This document shows, one piece after another, positions 10,591 to 23,485 of a stretch of DNA of 64,000 nt. Each line of letters starts with the position of its first letter. Positions within the stretch are counted from its first letter, which is position 1. The translations under genes and the position numbers were made by a program. The notes beneath the pieces were generated by a model, which ran no database searches, was not told the DNA's origin, and saw only the letters and a list, made by a program, of their open reading frames with translations. Source of the stretch: Podarcis pityusensis (Eukaryota); assembly GCA_964106645.2 (NCBI GenBank), contig OZ067039.1. One strand, written 5' to 3'.

Positions 10591-13489
10591 ATTCCTAACT
10601 TCGTAGTACACGTGGTGACACTGCTGGGAAGTTCAGTGAGAATGTGGGGTCAATGTACAGCATCAGGGGTAGCAAACTGCACCATCCACCTCTGCCTGCC
10701 ATGCGTATAGTGGCTGGGCAGCTGCTGGCCTGTCTGCAGCTGCTGCTCAGCTGCAATGGTCCCTTGCTCCTGCTGCTGTTCCCAGCTTATCCTGGGCTGC
10801 TCCCCCACACCCAGGCATGGAGTGCAGCTGCTGCAGGGAAGCAGCAGGTGCCTCTCCAGCAGTTTATTGGAGCATCAGTGGCCTTCCATACGCCACTATG
10901 GGCGCACCACTCCTTATTCTGAGGCAAGGGTCCTTCCTTAGCGTGAGGCATTGTCATGGTCAAAGCAGTGTTGGTGGAGGCCATTTCTGTGGCTATCTCA
11001 GCTTCAAGGTCTCACTCCGGGCCCCTTCCTCAGAGCACAGCAGTGAGGGCAAGGATGGTTCTACAGCTAGGTGGGGATGGCAAGTCAATCTATTGTGCCA
11101 GTGCTGTGATCATATGAAGGTTTGCCAAAATACCCCACCCCTTTCGGGGAGGGATTGCTATAGGGTAGAATTCAATGTCATGCTATGGCAAATGTCCCTT
11201 CTGACCCAGTGTGTGCCAACGGAAGCCCCCATGCAAGACTTGTGCTGACAGTACTTATTAGGCTAATCCCATCCATTGTATGTGGGAGGGGGTAGAACTC
11301 AGAATCACCCAATGAAGACGGGGCATCTAACTGGGCATGGAGTGTTGATGTGCTGCTATGGGGTATGGGCAGGGAGAAAAAGAGAATGGAGCATCTTCAC
11401 TCTACACTGCAACACTTTGCTGCATTTCTCACACCTGTGTATGTATGTAGATAGATTTTCCAGTTTATTTGCCCAATAAACAATGCAGTATAGAACAGAA
11501 AAAGAATGTTGTGCCACTTAATATCATTTTGCAGGAAGGCAAGCAGTAGGGAGGGTTGTCATAAGGCCTATAGCTGGAGTCTAGATGTTCGTGCAACAGT
11601 GGCATCCAGTATCTTTGCTCCAGGCCAACCTCAAGAACAGGGAGCTGAATTCAGGGGTAAGTACTAAGCCTATTCACCCAGCTCCTCAGAGTCATCCTCC
11701 TAGGCTATATTGCTTGTTAAATTTGCCATCCCATGGAGTAGTCCCCCTGTTGCTGAGCTATTAAATTACATGCTTGTTTGGAAAAAAACGAAGTCTCTCA
11801 TATACTACTTTAGAAATTTGTGCACAGATCAAAAGCTTGTGTGGTTTCCAAGAGAAGTTAAGTCATTCAGTGGGGATCACTTTGTTTTGCACATCACTCC
11901 AGGACCTAACATTCTGGACGTACCAACAGTAAGAAAGGAGCAACTGTTTTGAGTTCCAGGAGGGAAAGATAAGGAGCCCCTTTTGTGCTTATGATATGAC
12001 CTGCTTCTAGCCTTCTTTAGTGCAGTTCTGAGCTTCAAATGACCACTATGTGGTGCTATTAATGCAATTACCCAAATCTTGTTTCCCCCATTGCATTAAG
12101 CCTTGTAACTGTCGAGTAGCACCTGTTAGCTAGAGGCAGCGGTGGAAGTGAATTTCTGGTCTTCAGCTGCTGCCTTTGATCTCTTCAGTTAGTCCCTGAT
12201 AAATTACTCAGAAGCAACATAGCAGAAATGGAAATGCAGAAAGCTGAGTAGTTTTGCATGTGCCTTAAGGCTTGGTTATAATTACGTATGGGGTGCCTGA
12301 CTCTCAACAATCCTGCCCTTGTGCTGTTAGGAGCCAAAGGAATGGCAGTGCTACTTGGCATTTAGCAGCCCAGACCCATGTTATATTGTAGGAGATAAAG
12401 GCTTCTTATTGTAGTATATGAGGTGAAAGTCACGGTGAAGACCAGAGGGCTAGTATTATCAACTGACTGCAGGATGGCTTCCCATACCAACCCCCACCTT
12501 CAGTTGTCCTAGCACTCCAGTTGCAAATTTTACTTGGTTGAATGTCTCTCACTTTTGCCTCGTTCCTAAATTGTGCTTGGGCTTGACAGACAGCAAAGCA
12601 CATGGCAAGGAAGTATCTTGGGCTTGAATTGATTGATGGGGAGCCATTGTGTTCTGTTCACTGTAGTCCAAGCTGCACTGTGGGTGGCAGCCAACCTTAC
12701 GGTGTTAATAACCCAAAAACCCATCAAGTCTCAACACTGGCTTCCTTCCCAATGGAGAGGCACATGGAGCAGATTGCACCACACCCAGAATTCCCTGGAG
12801 CCCTGATAAAGAGAAGGTTCTTGGCAGCAACTTGGAACTTTGACCTGTTATAATGATTAAACTGAAATTCAAATGCATTCACCATTTCCAGACAGCATTA
12901 ACTGCCATGCTTGTGTCCAAATAACCAAGCAGGTTGCATTAGAAGTGGTTTTAGATTATTTACTTCCATTGTTTGTTTGTTTCTCTCTCTGAGAAACTAA
13001 GACCTGGAAGGGCCACCTAAATGAGCAACAGCACAGTGGGATGGAAATGATGGAAGTATTGTGCTTTTCAAGCCGTGTTCTCAATTACATTAATTGTGAC
13101 AGAGACACACTTTTTCTGGTTGCTTGCCCATCATTGGTCTTTTATTTGCTCCCAAGAGTTGTTGAAATATGTACAGGAAGTCCAAGTCGCACGTCTCACT
13201 TGTTTCCACACATAACTGCTCTTAAAGTGGAAGCCTTCCATGATTAGCTTAATGTCTGAAAAGTGTATAAACCCAGTAATAGACAGCATGGCGAATTTGT
13301 GAAAATTCATTTTGGCAGAGGTGACCATGTGAGTAGCAATTCTATGCTTCAGTTAATGGGATATAAGGCAGCACAAGTGTACACAGAACTCGTGTTACAT
13401 TCTTATGAGCAATCTCCTCTGATATTAGCATCTAAGGTGGTATCCTGCTTTCAGGGCCTGATTGTTTACGTGTCCTGATAGGGTTGCTT

Positions 13490-13631
13490 AAATGTTGACA
13501 TGTTTTTTGTCTGCTGACTTTTCAGTTGTTTTAAAATGCTTTTTATTGATAACTTTAATATTTCTTGGCAACTGCCTAGAGGTTTTATTACAACCAAGTG
13601 GTATATAATTTTATTAAATAAATAAATAAAT
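13490..13631 (+). mobile_element. L2-like 3' tail ending in (TAAA)n
   Basis: T-rich region, then aactgcctagagg...aagtggtatataa and a (TAAA)n tail. Confidence 0.5.
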
Positions 13632-14613
13632 ATTACTTATTAACTGAAGGACAGAAAAGTAATATCAATTAAAAACCTTTTGCACCTTCAGGTAATTAGT
13701 TAGCCTAAGATGTTACAGTTAAGTCTTGGTATTTTCACTCTTTGCAAGAAATATGCTAATGCAAAGAGACGGTGCCCAGTTATTGAAGTGACTGAATGTC
13801 AAGCAAAAATGGTTTGGGAGTTGTCTCTACTGTATGCTTTTTGTAACCTTCCAGGGCCTCTCGCCATCCTTCCATGTCACAAGCATTAGAATCTGTCAAA
13901 TTATCTACAGTGAAATGGAAAATGATGTGACAACCTAGCTTAACGTAAGCCTGGGAGGATTTGCCGACAGCTACAGGTAGGCAAGGGACCATGACTCCTT
14001 TTAGAGTTGAAAGATGCTGAATTGATGGCTTCTCTTTTTTAAAAAAAAGGCAAGCTGTCTTGGAAACTCCTGAACTATCCATTTAGCTGTCTTGCATTCT
14101 GATATTGTTAGTGTCTGTGGCCCCACTGTCTGTGTCATATGTAGAGGAGTTAGGACTCTTGCGCAGGAGCAGAGTGTAGTGATACAAGTGGTAAAGTCAC
14201 TCTTGTTAGTGTACTTTGCAGTCGTGGAACCAGAATAGCCTTTTCAGCTCTCGTAGTTGACATGGTAAATAAACATTGAGTTTGGAGGATATGTTGGATC
14301 CCCTTTTGGGGCTAACTCCTGCTAATTTTCCATACTGGCTTTGCACATAACACCTTTGTGCGTGAGAGTAGAGTGAAAAGGTGGTTTACTCTGCATTGGC
14401 GACACTAAGCAGTATGGGTTGCTTCACAAATTTCAGATATTGAACACTAGCCAACATTTTGCTTATCACCCTTCTCAGGTACAGCCTGTGTACATTTCCC
14501 AGTAGTCAGTTTATTAGCAGGCTACTGTGTGTCATTCATATCCCATTTCGTTCAAAAACAGATGGTTGTGTATGCAGATCCACAACAATCCCTCATTCTG
14601 ATAATTCTCTTCC

Positions 14614-14636
14614 AAAAAAAAAAAAAAAAAAAAAAA
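14614..14636 (+). repeat. A23 homopolymer
   Basis: Read directly. Confidence 0.9.
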
Positions 14637-14897
14637 GCTTTTCTTTGCAAGGCTTAGCCTAGTAACATAGGCTTGTAAAGACAGAAGGAAACCTGTCACT
14701 CTTATACTTACGGTTAGTTTCTATAGTTGGTATGTCAATTCATGGTCAAAATTACCTTAGTGTGCAGAGAGAGGCCCTTTCACAGAATGTAATTCGAACT
14801 ATGAACACCACTTGACAACTTGATCATTGACTTCTTTGCAAAATTTACACAGTGATCTGATATGAATGAGCCCATTGAATCTGTATGGAGTCCCTTT

Positions 14898-15063
14898 GTG
14901 CGAGCTGTGGTTAAACTAGGAAGTCTCCTAAACATCAAGGATCTCAAATCAGCTTCAACCCAGATGCTGGGTTGGTCTAAAGCAGGTAACCATATTGTTC
15001 CAGTTTGGACAAAAATTGTAAACTGTTTCATTTGTGGCTTCCTGGTTTAACCACAGCTCACAT
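14898..15063. mobile_element. MITE-like inverted repeat
   Basis: GTGCGAGCTGTGGTTAAACTAGGAAGTC (14898-14925) pairs with GGCTTCCTGGTTTAACCACAGCTCACAT (15036-15063), about 4 mismatches. Confidence 0.7.
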
Positions 15064-15244
15064 GAACAGGCTAAAGTCATGAGGCATGGTCATCTGAATG
15101 CTGGCCTGGATCCATTGATCTTTTGATTTGTTCTCATTTTCACCCCAACTTTTAACAAGTCACCTTAACAACAGGACCGGTGGTAGTCCTGCATATAAAT
15201 TGGATTTTTACCAGAGGCAACAAAGGGTACTACAGGTGCAGACA

Positions 15245-18200
15245 AACTTAAGCAGCAAATCCCTGTTTATTGAAGGTGAAAGGTCTGGGCAAGAGCCATC
15301 AAAGAAGTTTCAGGTTGCAAGGACCTGCTTCTAAAGCCTATAACAGACATGCTCTCTGCTTTTACCATTTTTTCCACTTCAGGCCGGTGGGAATATTTTA
15401 CAAGCCAACATTTTGTTTCATAAAACAGGTAAAATTTTATATTAATGTAAAACAGAACAAAATAAAAAACATACACACACACACACTACAGATCACAATG
15501 CTAGAGAGTATTAACATGTAGAGAAGTGCAAACTTCCCTCCCCAAAGAATCTGCATTGAAAGTTCTATTACAGAGAGATTAAAATCTGGCTTGTTTGAGA
15601 ATGTGATATACAGATCACTGTCATGAACCAGAAAAATATCAAGAAGTTTCAGAAATCTCAAAACTTTTTAAAAAGCTTTTATACAAAGAGGAGATGGGGA
15701 GGAGGACGGCAGCAAAGTTTCAATTAAAACATAAAATTTTCACTCCAATATAAAAAAAGAGCAAAGTTCTTGGTGAACACATAAAATTCTATAAAAACTA
15801 CCAACCATCGATTAGGGTCTTTTTTTCTCTCCATTTTTAAAAGTAGCATTAAAAAGGATAAAAAGTGCACAGACACCTTATAAGGCACAAACAGATCTTC
15901 TGAACAGATACTTTTCTCAAAACAAAACAAAAAAAGCAATAGCAAGAACAAGTTGCTAAATAGCCTCTACTTCCTAAAAGTTGTCTGTCAGAGTTTGAGA
16001 ATTCCTTGTGAGACTGGAATAAGTAAAGCTGCATGTCCATTAACGCTGCTTCCCCAGCTTGCTTCACAGCAACACTTAGGCTGTGGACTTAACTCTGCCT
16101 AATAAAGCTCATGTCAGATGCTGCTCCTTTTGGTCAGTCTGTTCCCAACAGAAAAGATTAAACACCGTATGTCTTTTCCTCCACTTATTTTGAACTATCA
16201 TAGGTCTACAAATTTCTTTTTCAAAATACCATTGCAGTTGGAAGCTAGTAAAGTAAAAAGGCACACCTTTCCAAGATCGCTTGTAGCACAACTTGTCAAT
16301 GCAGAAGTAAGCTCCATTGAGACTATTGGGACTTACTGGCAGGTGTATGTGGTGTATAGGCTTGCTGTTTGGAAACTAGTTCTAGCCCAAAGGTATCTAA
16401 GGGCAATGCTCAGGGGCGCTTTGCTATGACACAGCAGCTGGCAGAGTTTTACCAAAATTACAGCACTTTAAAAGGGGGTGGGAACAATCCAATCCCGTTA
16501 CACAGGGAGTTGGGAGTAGAATGGAAGGTAGTGATCAGTACTGATCAGCAAACCCACTGACTACAAAAATGGTCACCCTTCCTTAGAATTACATCTCTGC
16601 AAAAATGTAAATTTGTTGACTTCTTTCTGGTAAGCTTCTCCAGAGCTTAACTCTAGCTGCAGTGATGGCACCTACGACAAATAAATTTCATTCAAATTAA
16701 CTCTGATTCATAGTTATGTCGCTCAGTGGCATCTTAAGTAAGCAGGATGGAATTGAGGATGGAATTGAAATGCTAGGAATATATTCATGCCATGTCCCCG
16801 GCAAACATCTGGCACTGTGGTCATGCGCAGCTAGCAGCACCTGAAATAGAGTGAGCGGAAAGACCCCCTTGGAACGCATGTCAGTAAGTGGGCAGCCCCT
16901 TCCATGTTGCTGGCTTGACTCAGCTTCATAAGAAGAAGGTAAGAAGTTTTGCTTTACACAAGTATCTCTATGAAGTATTAACAGCAAATAGACAGCTGCA
17001 TGGTGAAAAATAACTTTTGGAGGATCTGCCTTTCGTGCACAAAGCTTGACAGCAGTGCCAACAATGGCAATGAACTTAGCAGGTGATTAAATAATTGCAA
17101 TCAGCTGAGTGGCTTTGCCCTTTCTCTCTGCTTTTTAACATATTACTGTGCAACTAGTAGCCCAAGTTAAATCTGCTCCCTTTCTCAATTCAAGCATCAC
17201 ATCTCCTTTGCCCGCTAAACTTTTCAGCTGTCCATCATTAACATGCACAACAGGGTCAGAAGCTGACACCAGCAAAAGCTGATTGTGGAGGTCAAGAAAT
17301 GCAAAGATCCACTCTTTAAAGTGGATTCAACAACCTGGAATCATCTTATTAATTGTCTCCTCCATGGTTATAGACTACAGCTGACGGTGCAAAAATTAAA
17401 TGTAAATGCTCATGGAGATTCTTAATCACTGACTAGGACTCCTGTTTGGTTTTAGGAGGCCTCAGTTACTCATCTCATCACAAAGCAGTTGCATTCCATG
17501 TAGGCAAAAGTTGTTTATAGAGTAACTGATGGCATTTTTAAACTAACCTCGCTGCCCTTCACATTTCCGTATGGTAATTAGGATACTCAAAACTATTGTA
17601 AAGTTACTGGAAGTCATCATGCACCACAGTGTTGTCCAAAACCACTCTAAAATGGAAAAGAAACAGGCTTTCCTGTTGACAAAGATATTATCTGCACCTT
17701 AAAGAAAATGGAAACTTATCTGTCTTGTTTGATGCCTTTCCTTATCCAATATGTAACTGTAGCCAGTGGCAATTTAAGACTGCTAGGATTGTGTCATTGG
17801 CATTCATTGGCTTCCAGTGCAGCCCACAAACGATGCTAGTACAGCAACTTTGCCAGGAGCTAAAGGTTAGAAAAGCATTTAAACTAAAGACAGAGGAGAA
17901 GAGAGGCTCAGCTACCCAATGAGGTACAGCTACCATGTTGCTCAAAGGACTATGAGAAGCTTAGTCCACACATTTTTGTCTACAAAGCACTCCGTATTCC
18001 CTAAACATAATTTGTCCCTCTAAAGCCATTGCTGTCTTCCACCTTAAACTATGTATTATTTTCCACACTAAGGGATCCACATGCCTTGTCATTTATGGCC
18101 AAAATTTGCACTGGCTTACATTTCCCTTATTGACATCACAGCATATCAAAGTATGCTGTCCAAAAGGAAAACTGCCTTCTTCCTGCTAGAAGGGCCCCAT

Positions 18201-19865
18201 AGGATCAGAATAGCTGTTTTATGGAAAAGAATGCAGCCATATATTGGGGCTGAGAATGGCTCCTAGCAGGCTCCCAAGTAAGCATTTCTGCCCTGGAAAG
18301 ACCTACAAGCTGCTCCACCACAGTAGATCCTAGGATCTCGTCATAAATCAGATAAAACATCAGGATCACAGCTTTAGAGCATCTGTTGCACAATGGAATG
18401 GAATGCCTCTATTGAGGTGGAAGCAGCAAAAAGCCTGCTCTGAATAAATTCTACTGCTTTTAGATGGCAATGGGACAGGTTGCCTATGGGCAACTACAGT
18501 TGTGTGCACTGTAGCAGGATGCTGCCACACAAAGACTGAGCAAGGAAAGAGAATCGGCGGATAGGTCAAGCAAAGTTGCTTTATTGCTTGCATGGCACCT
18601 CTCCCCTAAAGCCCCAAGACATTTCACATCCCATTCAGGCTAGTGTAGAGTTCAGAGGTTCCTATAACCACAATCAAAATGCATTTATCTTAAAAGCCGG
18701 AGCATCTAATAATAGCTTGCAAATTCTTTTTCCAACAAACAATGCCAAGAAAAGGGCTTTTAAATTTCAGTAAGATGCCTCTATTGTGGAGTAGATGACA
18801 ACTTCCTGGAGAGGAAGAAATGAGAGATTCCACATGGCTGCATACTTTACTGACAAAATCTCTGGGGAGTAATAGAGGAAAACATCCATCAGCTGTTTGC
18901 ACAAATTTCAAGAGAGGGAACTCTGGACATTTGAAACCTAACAGTCCCCCCATCAGCTTTCTTTCTTTGTAGCTTGGTTCTAAGCATGGTTACTTTCTGT
19001 GACGATTCAGAACCGCCATGCAAGAAGCTGCTTCTCTTGTGCATGCAGAGGCTTACTCCTACCAATACGTTAACACTCTCCAGCTACAGAAGTGCTTCAC
19101 AGTTGCTCAGTGCAACAGGAAGCTTCAATCTGTGACTTACAAAGGAGGAAAGTGGGATTGTTTACTTGCTGTGTTCCAAGGACATCGATAGCTTTTTCTT
19201 CCCTATTCCTCATACCTGCTTCCCCTGTTGAACCATAAATGAGAAAAAGTGCCTTGAAGGAAGCAAATGTCATCCATTGCCTATTCCCCACAATTTTAAC
19301 AAGATGACAGGAGTCATTTCACTCCACAGTGCCTCTGTTAAATCTTCCCCATATATTCATCCCTGTTTGAAATTGCCAGAGTGCTGTTTCAGTAATTAAA
19401 CTGCCTAATTCAGTAAATATCCCATGATTATGGTGGGGGGAGGTGCCCAGAATTATTATTATTAATTCAAACAATTGTTTTCTCCAGTATTCCCCCAAAG
19501 TGGGGTTCACTGTCTTATTTTCTTTTGCTGGGTGGGGAGAGACTCCTCATGGCAAAGGTACTTACAGCTCAGCCCCCACCCCCACCCCCACCTTAACCCA
19601 GCAGAGCAGCATCTTGATGAAGCTCTTCCCACTCAGCAGCTGTACCTTCAGCATCTACAAGGACCAGAGTGTTTCCCAGATCACTTAATTATCCCTGATT
19701 GGTTCCTACTGGTCAAAACACGGAAATATAGACAAAAGAGCCACTCTGTAACCAGCACAATAACCCATAAGCGGTGACGGTAAGTTGTGGCAATGAGTAA
19801 CAACATTCTTCCTCCTGCCCCCTCGCCCCCTCCACACACACCCTCAGGACGGCTGGAAATGGGGT
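15245..19865 (-). other. NEURL1B: Putative NEURL1B 3'UTR (~4.6 kb)
   Basis: Lies between the stop codon and the AATAAA at 15271-15266. Repeat-poor, with a U-rich distal part and clustered miRNA seed matches. Confidence 0.6.
15266..15271 (-). terminator. Candidate polyadenylation signal of NEURL1B
   Basis: TTTATT on + (AATAAA on -) at the end of a long U-rich minus-strand stretch, with GT-rich sequence downstream on -. Confidence 0.6.
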
Positions 19866-20110
19866 TTAAGGGCGGTAGATTTTAATAATGTCTTTGATGA
19901 CCCGTCGGCAGATTGGACAGCAGGCATTGAGTTGTTTCTTCAGCTTAAGACCACAGGTGTTGCAGAGGCACATGTGTCCACAGGTGTAGATCACCACGTC
20001 CACCTCGTTGTCAAAGCAAACGGTGCACTCGCCATTCTTGCTGCTTGACGGCTCCGGAGGTGGGAACACGGGAGACACTGGAGGGCTCAGAGGTGAACTT
20101 GGAGCAGTCA
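19866..20110 (-). CDS. NEURL1B: NEURL1B exon 5 (last): C3HC4 RING finger
   Basis: Acceptor ttccttgcAG. Encodes (V)[10 protein letters not shown]...[26 protein letters not shown]...[17 protein letters not shown]. The KIYRP terminus matches NEURL1B rather than NEURL1. Confidence 0.97.
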
Positions 20111-21535
20111 CTGCAAGGAATGGGGAACAGAGAAACCTCGAGTCAGAACCACTTCCCTTTAATCTGAGCCTCTTATGTCAGGCTGCAAAGAAAAATGGGG
20201 AACGCAAAGGGCTGCTTCCTTTAGACAAACGTCCTGTGAACAAAAAGGTCTGGGGGATGTTTTAAAACCAGCAACACTTTGACACAGAGGGGGAACAGCA
20301 GAACTCAAGAAATGTTTGCATATATACCCTTTGTGGGAAGCAAAACCTCTATCAATCCTGTTTCCACATTCATAAAAACTACAGTTTCAAACAGTTGTCA
20401 TTTAGGAGGTTTTAAAAGACCAAAGCCATGCAGTATGACTTGCATGGGGTGCTGCTACATAGACTTTGTCTATCATAATTTGTCCCTGCTGTGGCTGTTG
20501 CAGGAACCACTTATCCATTCCGTTTCGCTGCCTGGCAGTCATACCAGCTGCGGCAACTTTCCGAATCTGGTATTTGCAAGGGGTGGGGTACTTTCTTTAA
20601 AAGTCCATTTCTAAAGTGCATAGCAGAATATTCAGCTGAATTTTATATAGCAGCACATAAAACTTATCACAGAAACAAGCTGGCTTCTTTAAAAAATATT
20701 TACAGTAACTGGCACAGCAGCTCTGCATTTAATGAATGGGATTTGGGGCTGTTCGTAGCTACCTGGCGTTAATATTTGTATGGTCGGAGATTTAATAATG
20801 AATTCAATAAATAAAAGTATAAAAGTACTAAGAAAATGTTTTCAATCATATACTTTGTATTCTAAAGCTCCATTAATAGAATCCTATAGCATGAGCTTTG
20901 AACCAGCAAAGGATGTTTTACCAGCTCTTAATATTTATGGAGCAGAGTAGCTCATGATGATGGATTATGCTGTATTGGCTTTCATCCAGCTGTGGTTCAG
21001 TGGTTGTGAAGTCCATATTTCACTCATCAATAGGAACTTTATTCCTTGCAGGATTTCAGTAGCGCCATGTGGAGTGACATTTGTGTGAATTTTGGGTTGT
21101 TGTTGGTTTTTAATACAAATGATTTTGTATTGCATTTCATGTTCTATCTACCCTGGTTCTGCAAAAAAACACAGCATAGGACAGCTCTTCATACACAAGG
21201 TCATTTCTTGTTACGAATGTCACATGGGGATCATATGACCCCAACCAAGGGAGCCCCTTCTGGAGCAGTTCATGAAACCACTGTGGGAATAGACCAGGGC
21301 TGAGAAACCTGCGGCCCTCCTGATGCTGGACTCATGACCATTTCCATGATTCCCACTCATTGGCCATGCCTGCTGGGACTGATGAGAGTTGGCATCCACC
21401 AAAGATTCCCCACCCTTGAGATAGACAAACAATGGCTCTGTGGGGGCACTGGGGCAGCACCTTGCTCCCCTTCCCCTAGAACAGGCTGCCATGTAATGGG
21501 TTTTCCTGTTCAGGTAAAGTGGGGCATCTACTCTT

Positions 21536-21742
21536 GGGAGCCAGTGTGGTGTAGTGGTTAAGAGCGGTGGACTCATAATCTGGTGAACTGGGTTCGCTTC
21601 CCCGCTCCTCCACATGCAGCCGCTGGGTGACCTTGGGCTAGTCACACTTATCTGAAGTATCTCAGCCTCACTCACCTCACAGAAGGGAAAATGAGATTAA
21701 GGGGAGTGAAAGGCGGGATATCAAGTCCAAACTCCTCTTCTT
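21536..21742 (+). mobile_element. tRNA-derived squamate SINE (Squam3-like) with internal deletions
   Basis: A box TGGTGTAGTGG, B-box-like GGGTTCGCTTCCC, core GGGTGACCTTGGGCTAGTCAC and a (CTT)-type tail. Confidence 0.85.
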
Positions 21743-21805
21743 ACTTATCATGCCATGGAGTTCTGGGTGTGACAGGTTTGTAAAGTAGCTTTAGTTTCTC
21801 TAGGC

Positions 21806-21947
21806 TTCACAGAATTGTAGAGTTAGAAGGGACCATGAGTATCATCTAGTCCAACCCTCTGCAGTGCTGGAATATTTTGCTCTATGTGGGGCTCAAACCC
21901 ACAACCCTGAGCTTAATAGTCCCATGCTCTACCAACTGAGCCATCCC
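21806..21947 (-). mobile_element. Short SINE with tRNA-Lys-like head and CR1-like tail
   Basis: Minus strand GGCTCAGTTGGTAGAGCATGGGACTATTAAGCTCAGGGTTGTGGGTTTGAGCCCCAC resembles tRNA-Lys(CTT). It continues into GGGTTGGACTAGATGA...GGTCCCTTCTAACTCTACAATTCTGTGA, a CR1 3' end. Confidence 0.85.
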
Positions 21948-22258
21948 TCAGGTAGGAAGATGTAACAGATATTTCCTACAGACAGCAACAGGTGTCACCT
22001 CATTTGTTACTCTCAGGGCTTCCATCTGCTTGCATTAAAGTCTAACACAACCCCAACAGCAGCTTCAGGAAATCTGGACGCTCCTCTGTCACAGGAAGAA
22101 AGAGGAAGTTCGGCACACACTGTGCAAATTGCAACATGCCTCGTTCAGGCAAAGCAAGACTCAACTTGTAAGGTCTGGCTCGTAACTTTTGGGCAGGGTG
22201 AAATGTGTGTATTCAAACAACAAGAGTGCAGGAGGCACAAAGCGAAAGGGTCCCTTAC

Positions 22259-22384
22259 CTAGGGATGACTCAGAAGCGGAAGAAGACCTGTTCACGCTGA
22301 AAGCCATATCTGAGTCACTGTCATATTGGGAGCCTCCAGGGGATCCTGAGGGAGAGACTGTCACAGGGCTGGACTGCACAGTGC
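22259..22384 (-). CDS. NEURL1B: NEURL1B exon 4, 126 nt, Ser-rich linker
   Basis: Acceptor tattttcAG and donor GTAAGG. Encodes (G)TVQSSPVTVSPSGSPGGSQYDSDSDMAFSVNRSSSASESSL, phase 1-1. Confidence 0.96.
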
Positions 22385-23485
22385 CTGAAAATACAAAATA
22401 ACAGGTTCCGTCAGCTTCAGGGGTGGGGCAGGAATCTCTCAGGCATGCAGTGCTGAACTGAGTCTACCCTGGGACAACGCCATCCATTTCATCTCCACAA
22501 CAGACTTACTGTGTAATTGGGAACTTGGTATTTTGTAATACTTATTAGCAGGTTGATTTGTTTAAAGACAATGAGCTTCCTCTGGTTCCAAGCTTGCCTT
22601 AACTGCCTCGTTAAAGCTCACTCTATTCCCACCCAATTCAGATAGGGGCAAAAATCTTACTGGCAAGATCCAACCAGGAGGTTGAAGACCAGTGGTGGAG
22701 AATCTCTAGAACATGGGCCCATGAGACTGTTTTGACCAAGCCACACCCACCTGCCCCTACACCTGACACCATACATGTGGGGTATGTGGTTTGGTCCAAA
22801 GCAGGGTTTGCAGGCATCACCAGTCTGAAGAAAAGGAAAAGAGGTCCTGTGAATTCCACTTACAAAGGACCTTGTAAACAGGAACTTAGGACCCCAAGAA
22901 AGATGTCAAGTTACTAAAATACAGCCTACCCCCACCTAGCCAAAAGGGTGCAGCCAACTGAGAGTGATGCCTTCTAAGTCAGGATAGCTAAATGGAACTT
23001 CCCTGCTCAGAAGTGGTACATGTATCCAGACCAGAAGCTGAGAACAAAGTGAGAGTGGAATGTAGCCATAATCCTCATGCCCTGCTTGGCTGCTTTTTGG
23101 CAAGAGAATGCTGGAGCAGAGGAATCTTGGGCTGATTGTGCAAGGCAATTCTGATGTTCTGAATTATGGGACTACAATCAGCCCTATTCCAAAGCAATGC
23201 TAGTTTTCAGCCAGGAATATAAAACTCAAGTAGTGATCTGACCTCTGTATTGGCAAAACGGCCCATAAACTGGTATGTGACCAAAAAGGGGACTGGTGGT
23301 GGTACAAGAGGGCAATCTGCATCTTTGCAACTGTGCTAGGGCCACTGAAGCTGCTTACAGCAGCTTACAGCACTGGCGTAACATTGATCCATACACCAGG
23401 GCCTACCTGAGTGTTCTAGTCAGATGTGACCGAGATCCCTCTCTGCTCCATCGCATGGATCACATAGGCTTGTAGAAACAGTATA

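Noticed and set aside
21880-21947. Functional tRNA-Lys gene
   Set aside because: The acceptor stem and anticodon arm are degenerate, and it is fused to a CR1 tail, so it is a SINE.
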